From the NCBI GenBank assembly GCA_051294375.1, contig CM119266.1, positions 12,567,928 to 12,631,927 of the forward strand: 64,000 nt of DNA, written 5' to 3'. Under the pieces are notes generated by a model, which was given only the letters and a program-made list of their open reading frames with translations, had not been told where the DNA came from and did not search any database. Positions 54,494 through 64,000 of this stretch are shown piece by piece (the stretch's first letter is position 1; each line of letters opens with the position of its first letter). The translations under genes and the position numbers were made by a program. Source of the stretch: Paraspadella gotoi. Taxonomy: Eukaryota; Animalia; Chaetognatha.

Positions 54494-56764
54494 ATCCGAA
54501 ACGTCAACAAAGTCACAATCAGGTCCGATACGACGACGACAAACGACGACGACGACGGCCATAACAACTACCGCCAAATTGATTTAATCAACAACCTGGA
54601 AAACCCGCGACTTCGACATTCCACAAACAAGCCGACATCGTCGTCGTTTTCATCGTCGTCGTCGTCGTCGTCGTCTCCGGCGGTGGGACAAAGGGAGACG
54701 GTGCAAGAGAAGGAGAATGAAAAGCGGCGCACCGACTTCCCGATTCGAGGCGATGTAAGCAAAATACGGGATCCCGAGGTCCCGGGTTCAAATCCCGCCG
54801 GGGGTTGGAGAAGAGAAAGGGAGACCGAGAAGGAGGAGAATGAGAATGAGATTCGGATTGAGGAGAGGGGAGCGGAGAACGAGCGAGGAGAACGAGGAGA
54901 ACAAAGAGTCGGCGGGGAGAACGAGGGAGAACGGGTCGACTCGACCACAGCGTCGAATGGACGGTTGGAAGAACGATGGATGAACGAGATCGACCCGGCG
55001 ACGGCGAGGGAAATCGGGTCGTCGTCCTCTCCTCTTCCTCCTCTTCCTCTTCCTCCTCCTCTTCGCCCTCTGGCGGAAAAAACAAGCGTCGATAAAAAAA
55101 GAGGCTGTCGGGAAAAAATGGGAGGAAAAGGAGAAGAAGAAAGAAACGAAGTCTTGAGTTCGGTTTTCGAGGAAAGAGGAAAGGAGGAAAAGAAAGGAAG
55201 GGAGGAAAGGAAAGGAAGAAATGGGAAAGGAAAGGAGGAAACCGACGAAGCGGAAGAGGATGAAGGGCGCGTCAGAACTAAGCCCGGGGTGGACCGAGAC
55301 ATGCAAATGAGGGGGGAGGAAGAGAGGGAGGAGGAGAGGGAGAAAGGGGAGGAGACGAAAATATTCAAAGAGGACGATTTTGAGGAGGAAATCTCATTCG
55401 ATTCCCATCCTCGTCGTCGTCATCGTCGTCGTCGTGGACCCTCTGATTCGACGGGCCCCACGATCCCGGGACCCGAGTGGTCGGGTTGGTTGACCACGGC
55501 GCCCATGACAACGACAACAACGACGACGACCTCGGAGTCCGCGAGTCGGAAAGTCGGGGTCTTCAGCGACTCGGAGGCAAAGCTCCTCCGGTCACTTTGG
55601 CCGGAGGAAGGATCAAGGAGAAAGGAGGCGGCGCCGGCGGTCGGGAGCGGGGGCGAACCCGGGGGTAAACCCGGGGGCGAACCCCGGGGTGAACTCACGA
55701 TAGCAGAGGCGACGAAGATCACAAACTTTAAAGTGGAAACCGATGAGGATTCCAGGGCAGCGGCGTTTCTCGGCGCCGCCGACGCCGAGTCCTTCACCGT
55801 CGCCGGAAAAGCCTCGTCCGGTAAAAGGCCTTCCATTCCTTCGACAACCGGATTTACGACCGAAGCGCCGATGAGACTCGGCCGAAAAAGCGGAGAGGTC
55901 GCAGCCGGACCAACCGGAAGCGCCGATGGACGTCACGTGACCTCCACGGCGCCAATCGGCGACGGCGACGCCAAAGACGCGGAATTAACCAAGGGCCGTT
56001 TGGAGACGCGAAACGGCGAAGAGGTTAACCGCCGAGAATCTCCCCTCTGCGCGGCGGCGGCGGGGCGGCGGCGGCGGGGTCGTCGGCCGGAAACCGAATG
56101 GAGAGCGAGACGATTGGCGACAGAGAACGAAACAGGGAGAGAGAGGATCGGGGAGAACGAGGCAAAGAGAAGGGACGAAACGGTCGTCGATGAAAGCGAC
56201 AATGGAAACCCGCCACGGAGACTGACCAATCAGAGAAGGAGTTCGAGAAAAACAAATGGCGTCCGTCGGGAGAGGAGGAAAGTTCGGCGAATGTGGAGGA
56301 GGAAGAAGGGGCGAAGAGGAAAGAAGGGAGGAAAGGAAAGGAAGAAGGAAGCGAGGAGAGAAAGGTCGGTGGGAAAGTGACCGACGATGAAAGGCAGAAT
56401 GTCGAGGAAGCAACGAAAGCGACGCGCAATAAAGCGGAAAATCAAAACCGATCGACCAACGACGTCGACGAAGACGACGACGATCCCAACCCCTCGACCC
56501 CCCCTCTCCCACATCCCCACCTTCATCGCCACCGTCCCCGGCGCCACGGGCGTCACCGCCACCACCACCGCCAGAGCCGCGACACGTTCGCCCGCGCCGC
56601 GTCGGACTTTGCGTGCCACGCGGGCGTGACGGTCCTGGTGACGCGGGACTTGTCGCGCGTCCTCTACTTCGCACCGGGAGACCAGGAGGCGAAACGTCGT
56701 CGTCTGCCCGAAATCATTTCCGCCACCGCCTGGCAGAGGGACGAGGACGGACCCACTTATTTGG
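53736..56764 (+). CDS. ~3-kb exon of nahoda-like protein: disordered insert plus resumption of the DOMON core (one apparent frameshift at ~56210)
   Basis: Acceptor cacacag|, phase 1, in frame with ORF 53549..56380. The frame switches near 56210 to that of ORF 56293..56826, ending SDFACHAGVTVLVTRDLSRVLYF...EIISATAWQRDEDGPTYL, then donor g|gtgagg. Confidence 0.75.
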
Positions 56765-57788
56765 GTGAGGAGGGGTGGTGGGGGGTGGAAAAGGTGGTTG
56801 GCGGGGTGAAAGGTGGTGATGAATGAGAGAACGCTGTGTTTGGGGGGAAAGTGGCCGGTCGTAATCCTTCAAGCTTCCCAGGTCGTTGCCCTCAAACTGA
56901 GAGAGAGAGAGAATCGCCGTCGAAAAAAAAGAAGTTTTTCTTTATGTGAGTTTAAATGGTTTGCGGTTTGAAAATTGGATTTGAATGGTCGATCGTTGAG
57001 GGAAATCCATGAATAGGAAGTGAATGAATTTAAGACGTAAAGCAACCTTATTCACAGTAGAGTAGAAATAATTATTATGTAGGAAATGAAAAATACAATA
57101 AGAATACAATTTTTTTAAACCAGCAAAATTTAGATTATTATTCATTAGATTTGTAGATTACATTCATCTTACATTTTGTTTCATAACTATCTGAGACCCC
57201 ATAATTAATCTCGTAAGCCAGTTGTCACTCCGATCAGATTCAGAACGCCACCATGAATCTCCCCCAGTTTTCCAGTCACCCCGCTCACTTCAGTTCGTCA
57301 CTCCCATCACGATCCAATCGCCAAACAGATCGCTCCGATCACGCTTAAATCACCACCACGATCACTCCATTTTATCACCCCGATCACGCCCAGATCGCGT
57401 CCACACCGATCGCGGCGCGCAATCGCGTTGTTATGACGATTAATGAGGTTCTGACTTTGGCTCAGAGTGAAAACATTATTCCCGCGACAAAAAATTCCAT
57501 CATTTATGGGATAAAACAACATAATTCACGATTATCGCTTTGATTAATGAAAACCTCTTCTGACAGTTTTAGTGTTGCTTGGAAAAACGTTTAATGGAGA
57601 GAGAGTCCGAGGGTGGCGGGAGTGGCGACTCGATGCTTGGAGAGGGGTGTTGGTGGACAGAGAAGGGAAGGGAAAAGAGAGGAAGGAGTAAAATTGGAGA
57701 GGAGAGAGAATGGACGCCTCAAGTCTCTTTTCTTTGGCCGCGCGGAGCGTGGCGAGAGTGGAAACAAAAGTCAGGCTGGAGAGAAGAG

Positions 57789-57869
<81 letters not shown>

Positions 57870-58173
57870 ACTCAAGAGTCATGGCCCGCAGTAACGCAAA
57901 AAAAACTTTTAGAAAAAAAAGCCGAAATAGATTCAAAACAGAACCGGAGCTGAATCCGCCACCGAATCCCTCGCATATGCTAACGACCCATTCCTCCAAA
58001 ACATTCTGGCAGAGCCCTTTCAACTTCCCCTCTCGCCCCCCCTCATCCTTCAAACCCCCCCTTTCAACTCCCTCTGTCGCCCCCTCAACATCCCTTCAAC
58101 ACCCTCCCCCCTTCGTTGAAAAAAAAACAACTCAAAACATCTAAGAAAAACTTTTTTCGGATTTTCTTCTCAG

Positions 58174-58444
58174 GTCTCCATCTGCGACTCCCGCCCTTCG
58201 TCCGCGCCAAAAGACTGGAACTCAACGAACGGGAAAGGAGGGCGAAGGAACGCGAAATGCGGGCCGGCGGTGGCGGCGCCGGAACTAGCGGGAGGCGTGG
58301 CGCCGCTAAAGGCGCCGGTAGGCGTGGCCGTGGCGGCGGCAAGAGCGGCGAGAAACAATCGAAAAAGGGAGACGAGTTTTTGGCCTTCGATTCCTTGGAT
58401 TCACGGATGGAGTTCATGTGGGCGAGAGGGACGATAGGGATCAG
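58174..58444 (+). CDS. Exon of nahoda-like protein: DOMON strands with a Gly/Arg-rich insertion
   Basis: Acceptor ttttcttctcag|, donor ag|gtagga; phase 1 in, 2 out. Encodes GLHLRLP...SRMEFMWARG; hhWAxG is the conserved C-terminal DOMON motif. Confidence 0.85.
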
Positions 58445-59300
58445 GTAGGAAGAATGGTGGGTTGGTAGGGGTGGGCGTGGCGTTTTGGGTGGTCGCTATT
58501 GGCCAATCGGATCGACGATTTTCCCAAGGAACCTTAAAAATTATCGCGGAATCGATCGGGGAAGATCGAGTTTCCGAAGCGGAAAAGAATTAGGGGTAAT
58601 TGGGAAGACGCAGGCCGAATGGAGCCTAATGGCTAATGGGCTCGATTCGAGGTTGTGCGTCTGGGAACGATCGGGCTAATAAGAGCGAAGCCCTGCTCAT
58701 CTTACCCGTCGGTATAACCAATTACATACGGAAAAGAGGAGAAGGATGTAAATGTCGGTTTGGTTTTTCAGTCGAAAAAAAAAAAGGAGCGACGTTTTGA
58801 CGCTCGTCACGTTTTATCTGGTTGACGCGGACGCCGAACGCAATTTTCATACCTTAACAAAAAAATTTTTTCCCGTGTCGATCTTTTTTTTTTATATTTG
58901 TCGGCTTTTATTTTTATTTATTCCCGTCACCGAAAAAAAAAATGGTTAATATTTTACGCTCCCGCGGTTTTATGGCCGCCGCTGGATGGGCGATGGCCGG
59001 ACGAAGAGGAGAGGAAGAGAGAATAAATAACTAAACTTTGCCAAGCAGTCGCGGCGGTAGTGAGGAATGTTGTTGTCGTTGTCGTTGTTTTAGAACGATG
59101 CGGATCTCATTGGTGTTTTGCTGTTGAAGAACATGAAATTGCGCAATTCACTGAACGATTTACGTCGGTTAAGACTAAGAACCCAACGGTCTCATCCAAA
59201 GAGCAAAAACAGTCGATGTGAATGGTGAATGGGTGAATCGCTTAAGGGAACTCTAACACCGTCGGGGGTTCCGCTTACGAGGGTGACTCTCATGGTAAAG

Positions 59301-59345
59301 CAGGTGGAACAGGTGGAGCAGGTGGAACAGGTGGAACCGGTGAAG
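59301..59345 (+). repeat. 9-bp tandem repeat (CAGGTGGAR) x4-5
   Basis: caggtggaa caggtggag caggtggaa caggtggaa ccggtgaag. Confidence 0.9.
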
Positions 59346-59669
59346 AAGAGCCGACGAGGAGCAGGTGCCGAGAAGGAGGGACGCTAATGAATAATTGCTT
59401 TTAATCCTTTAGATTTTTTTTCTCTCTCTCTCTCTTGTTCTCACTGGTTTGAGAGAGAAAAAAAAATTCTGACGAAGAGTTGAATTCAATGAGAGGAGAA
59501 GAGTAGAGGAGAGGCCTCGGCGAAACGGAGACGATGTAGTCAGACAAATCGACAACACGTAAAATTATCGCTCCGACAAAAGACAAAACAATAAAACAAG
59601 AAAAAACGATGACCTTTTGTTTTTTTTTCTTTTCTGGCCCTTTGCGCCTCCCCTCCACCTCAATTAAAG

Positions 59670-59923
59670 ATCAGCCTCGTGGGGGCACCGCGCGGAGCGC
59701 CGTGACGTCCTTCGATATTGAGCGAACGTCATCGGGGACGAGATCCGCTTCGAGAACGAGAGCGCCACCTCCGCTCCGCCGAACAAAAACAAAAGCAACA
59801 ACAAAAATGGCGGCGCCGGTTTCCCGAGCAAAATAGCGGACAAACTCAACGTGGGTCCAGGAGTCGAGGACGAGGCAAGCGGACTCGGCGGGGACGTCGA
59901 CGTGGTGGAGACGGAGAAGAGAG
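59670..59923 (+). CDS. Exon of nahoda-like protein: end of DOMON and juxtamembrane stalk (5' part ambiguous; apparent TGA at 59719-59721)
   Basis: Starts at the first AG after a long pyrimidine tract (59668-59669; alternative CAG ending 59674); donor g|gtgaga. The GC3-rich frame ANVIGDEIRFENESATSAPP...VVETEKR ends in phase 1, as the next exon requires. Confidence 0.6.
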
Positions 59924-60869
59924 GTGAGAGGAAAGAAGGGGAGGTGGAGGGGAGGTGGGGAGATTGGCAGGCGGTGCGGCGGTAGGGTATTGGTAAAATG
60001 AAAGAGGACATTTGTAAAGGTTTTTTTAAAATATTGAGATAAATATGGCGACCAAAGGTTTCTCTTCCCGAATTCCTCATTTTATCTTCTTGTTTTTCTT
60101 TTCTTCTTCCTATCCTTTTTACCTTTCTACCTTTTTATTCTTTCTTCTAATATGTCGACCATTTCCTCATTTTCATTTCGTTTCCTACCTTTTGACTCCC
60201 GTCGTTTTCTATCATTCTTTTTATTATTTTCTCCCGACTTACTCATTTTCCTTTTCCTCCATTCCTCGTTTTTTCAGCGGTTCTTTCCTCTTCCCCTTCC
60301 TCCCTTTCGTCCCTTTCCTCCCCTTCCTTTATTTCCTCCCTTTCCTCCATTTTCTCCCTTTCCTCCATTTTCTCCCTTTCCTCCCTCACCTCTCTCACCT
60401 CCATCCTCTCCCTCCCGCCGATCGAAGAAAACGAATCAACTCGAAACAATTTGGATTCTTCGGCGAAAGAATGAGACAGAGACAGAGACGAAGAGAGAAG
60501 GAGAGAGAGAGAGAGCCGATGAAGAGAATGAGAGAGAGACGGAGAGTGGGAGAACCTAAAATGAGCCGTCGTTGCCAAGAAAAGAAAAAACCCATAAACG
60601 TTATGATGTGACGGGAGTACTGGTTTTAAAAGAAAGAAAGAAAGATGGCATTTTTAGAAATCTATTTAAATATGCCGGAGCGGCTACCATTATCCCATTT
60701 CAGATTGTCTATCTGCCTGTCTGTCTGTCTGTCTGTATAGTGTCTACCTATCTATTTATCAGTCTGTCTATCTTTCCAAGAAAATGGTTGACGCGATTCG
60801 CGTCTCCAGACTCTGGCAGAGTTTCGCCGACGCCAGCATATTTGCCGGAGAAACTGGCCGTGAAATGAT

Positions 60870-60911
<42 letters not shown>

Positions 60912-61887
60912 TTAGATGGTGATTTATAGAGAAGGCAATGTGGAGGGTAGCTGGTCGGTGCTTTTCGCAAATGGCGAAGGAAAGTCGGTTTTGAGATAGA
61001 ACTCTTTTTCAAATGACCACCTAAATATTTTCGCACTAAAAAAATCGTGAAAATATCATAAAAACCTTGAAGTCAAAGGAGAACGAATGTTGCGAATGCA
61101 ACAGAGGATAGTAATGCGAGCAAGCAGGAGATACGCGATCGTGGATGTGTGAACAAACGAGTACACAAGTTTTGTCCGCATCTTCGACGCAAGTAGCGCC
61201 GCCTGCCGCAGTCACCGCCCCGACGGCATTCACCGCCGCCTTTGCCGCCACAACTGACGAGAGATGAGCCGATCAGAAATTCATTAAAAAACGCCAGAAC
61301 CGGCGCCGATCTGTCCATCGACGCCGCATTCAATGCGACGCCGAGCGCCTGCGTTCACATCCGGCCTCGGCACGCCACGTTCGCATTGTTGCTTTTATTT
61401 TATTTATATTGTTTTTCTCTTTCTCTCTCTTTCCCTACAAGGAGAAAAAACATAAAACAATCTTTTATTCATGAGAGAAATGAGAGTGAGAGAATCATAA
61501 CTGCGGCGGTTTTTCACGAGTCCGCTTTTTCAGTCGTCGATTCCGCCCACGCAGCCGCCTCTCTCTCCCTACCCTCCCCTTACCCATTATCCTACCTCTC
61601 ACCCTTTGTCGCTTGAATGGAAAGGCAATCGATTTTAAATTCCTTCATTTACTTTTTTTATTCTATTTAGTTCGTTAGTTCGTGCGTTCGGCGAAATCAA
61701 TCGTTCGATCGTTTGTTCGTGTAATCACGAAATTAATTCCGGCATTCTTTTTCGTTCATTCATAAATTCATCAAATTTCATTGAAATCCTAAATCGATTT
61801 AGATTCGAGAAAATTTAATGATTAAAAAAAACTGAGGAAAAAAAAACTGAGCCCATCGCAAAGTTCATGAATTTTTAGGTCGGAATT

Positions 61888-62035
61888 AAAGGAAGGAGGG
61901 TTAAGAAAGTCCAAGCACCGAAAGAAGGTCATTTTTAAAGAAAGGAGAGTTAAGAAAGTCCAAGCACCGAAAGAAGGTCATTTTTAAAGAAAGGAGGGTT
62001 AAGAAAGTCCAAGCACCGAAGGAAAGTCATTTTTA
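61888..62035 (+). repeat. 49-bp minisatellite, ~3 copies (intronic)
   Basis: ttaagaaagtccaagcaccgaa begins at 61901, 61950 and 61999. Confidence 0.95.
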
Positions 62036-62228
62036 GTGGAAAAGCAAAATCAGAGAAGATTGAGTGTAGAGTTGGAAGATTTAGCAAGAACTGTGTGACT
62101 TTTGAAAAACTGACTTCAGCTTAAACTCTCTGTATAATGTAAAATGATAAAGAAACACAGCCGAATGGGCGTGGCTCATTTATAATAGCACCTTATACTT
62201 CCCCCCCCCTCCAAACATCCGGTTCCAG

Positions 62229-62480
62229 TTCCACCGACGTCTCCGCTTCTCATCGGCGTCGCCGTCCTCACTTCCCTCTTCCTCCTCCTCCTCCTCATTT
62301 CTTGCCTCTACTTTCTCAAACATCGACTCCGCCGCCATCGGGATCAGCGGCGGCGCCGTCGCAAAGCCGGGCGGCGCCAGGCCGACGCCGGGCACCGCGG
62401 CGGCACCGGAGACAGCATCGGGGCGTCGTCGTCCCCGTCCTTCCTGACCTTCGAGCCTTTGTTGCCGGGCGACGGGACGG
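62229..62480 (+). CDS. Exon of nahoda-like protein: transmembrane helix and basic stop-transfer segment
   Basis: Acceptor ttccag|, donor g|gtgagt, phase 1-1. Encodes VPPTSPLLIGVAVLTSLFLLLLLISCLYFLKHRLRRHRDQRRRRRK..., i.e. 24 largely hydrophobic residues followed by a positive-inside cluster. This frame is absent from the supplied ORF track. Confidence 0.85.
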
Positions 62481-62554
62481 GTGAGTCGGGAGGAGGGAAA
62501 GTAAGTCTTCAAAACGACAGCCAACATTTTTGATCTTCCCAAACTGCCCTCCAG

Positions 62555-62809
62555 GCAAACCCCGCCCAAACTCTCCCACGGCCGTCCTAGAGCTTGTCGA
62601 CTACCATTCCCTCAAAAAGGGCGCCGGCGGGATCGACCTCCACGGGCGCGACTCGGCGCCGCCCGATCTCCGCGCCCACGATGCCGTGGTCAGAGCGGCG
62701 CTCAAAAAGTCACCCTCGTCGATGGACTTTGTGGAGAGCGGCGTCGTAACCAAGGTCGGATTGGGGGAGGATAAGAGAGAAGATGGGCCGCTGACGGATG
62801 CCTTTGTGG
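62555..62809 (+). CDS. Exon of nahoda-like protein: cytoplasmic tail
   Basis: Follows a 74-nt GT-AG intron; acceptor ccctccag|, donor g|gtaagt; phase 1-1; GC3-rich; GKPRPNSPTAVLELVDYHSLKKG...LTDAFV. Confidence 0.8.
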
Positions 62810-62934
62810 GTAAGTGAACTGTTGTTTACCTGTTCGCCTGATAACAGGTTATCTGGTTCGCCTGTGAACCTGTTAACCCGTTAATCTGTAATTCTGTATA
62901 TACTTGAATTTTTTTTTTTTTTATTAAAAATCGA

Positions 62935-63185
62935 CGATGACAATGATAATGACACAATAAAATAGTCAAATAGCTAAAATGACATAAAAGGACGCAAATG
63001 ACATAATGACTAAAGGACCAAATGTGACCTAAAATTAAGCAAATAATTTTTAAAAAAAAACATAAATGAAATGACATAAATTGATGTCATGACTTAAGAA
63101 CCAAATGTGACTAAAATAACATAAAATGATATAAAAAGACCAAACTCGACTAAAATGATATAGATGACAGAAAATGATGTAATGA
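62935..63185 (+). repeat. Degenerate AAATGACATA-type minisatellite (intronic)
   Basis: Recurring aaatgacataa / atgactaaa / ccaaatgtgac units. Confidence 0.65.
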
Positions 63186-63289
63186 GGCTATGAAAATAGT
63201 AAAAATTAATTTTGAAAATTGGTAAAAATATGAGGGTTTTAAGCGAAGAGGGACAAATCGATGGAAAAACAGACGCTCAGAGAGAAGGA

Positions 63290-63388
63290 ACGACCGACTC
63301 AGCCAACCGACCGACCAGAAAGCAACGTATTTAGAGTTCCTCGGGAATTGCTCAAGAGTACTCCCCGAATACTCACGGCGCAACTAAT
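63290..63388 (-). mobile_element. Diverged intronic copy of the same HINE-like element head
   Basis: Reverse complement reads ttagttgcgccgtgagtattcg...aactcta...gtcggtcggttgg, versus ttagttgcgccgcgagtactcg...aactcta...gtcggcccgtcggtcg at 6317. Confidence 0.45.
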
Positions 63389-63963
63389 AATGAACTAAGA
63401 ATTTTAAGAAAGCAAAGTCCAGAGATATGCTACAATATGCAAATGATATTGAGGAACTCGATCTTATCAGATATAAATTATAACTATAACTATTATAATT
63501 ATAAGCGACTCTGCTACATAAGAGGAAGAGGCTGAGAATCTGGTGAGATCAGATGGAGAGCTCAAAGAATAACCTTCCCTTTTTGTTCTTTGTCGGCGTC
63601 TCTTTGCTATTTCTTTCGTCAGGAAATTCCTTAAATATTTATCAGTTTTCCTTCCTCCGTTTTGTTCACACGTTTGTTTAATATGCATTCGTTTTTCTTT
63701 CCTTTATTAATTTCTTTCACCCCTCCCCCACAATCAACTTCTTCTTTTAATTAAAACTCTCGATATTGAACAAACAAACAAACAAAGCCGATTGATCGCG
63801 ACTGAAGAAACGTTAATTATTTAGTCGGTTTCTTTCCAAATAATTCATTCGAAGAAGAGAGAGACCTACTTTGAATGATTGATTGGACACGATTTTGAAT
63901 GATTGATTGGCTACGCGGAGATTAGTCAACAGAGATTCCATTCTTTTGTTTACTTTCTCACAG

Positions 63964-64000
63964 ACTCTCCTCCTCCTCCTCCTCCTCCTCCTCCTCCTCC
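63964..64000 (+). CDS. Start of next exon (poly-proline), truncated by the window edge
   Basis: Acceptor tttactttctcacag|; the phase 1 join gives D-S-PPPPPPP... Confidence 0.65.

Noticed and set aside
54568-55368. Antisense ORFs over the large exon
   Set aside because: Shadow ORFs expected from GC3-biased, low-complexity coding sequence.
61888-62035. 49-bp (and the 34039 19-bp) repeats as CRISPR arrays
   Set aside because: Head-to-tail repeats without unique spacers, no cas genes, eukaryotic context.
62590-62640. LELVDYHSLKKGAGGIDL as the final DOMON 'YH..RG' strand
   Set aside because: It lies after the TM helix in the spliced chain, so it is cytoplasmic; the resemblance is probably coincidental.

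Overview
Eukaryotic genomic scaffold, probably from an invertebrate animal. It is rich in microsatellites ((AG)n, (ACG)n, (AAAG)n) and gaps, and shows clear long-read gap-filling artefacts (25-N gaps, noisy false duplications). The main supportable feature is one large spliced + strand gene spanning at least 42617 to beyond 64000. It has nine exons with canonical GT-AG junctions, and their phases chain consistently once one internal frameshift (~56210) is allowed. It encodes about 1,790 aa: an EGF-like repeat, a divergent DOMON domain resembling the EGF+DOMON 'nahoda'-type family, a stalk, one transmembrane helix and a cytoplasmic tail entering a poly-Pro tract. The DOMON domain is split by a ~1,300-aa disordered, charged insert with furin-like sites, and its usual heme-ligand Met appears replaced by Phe. 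The exon joining DOMON to the membrane anchor has an apparent in-frame TGA, which is either recoding or indel error. The first ~42 kb holds only weak exon candidates, Helentron/HINE-like element heads, tRNA-like fragments and minisatellites. Family assignments come from recalled motifs, not from a database search.
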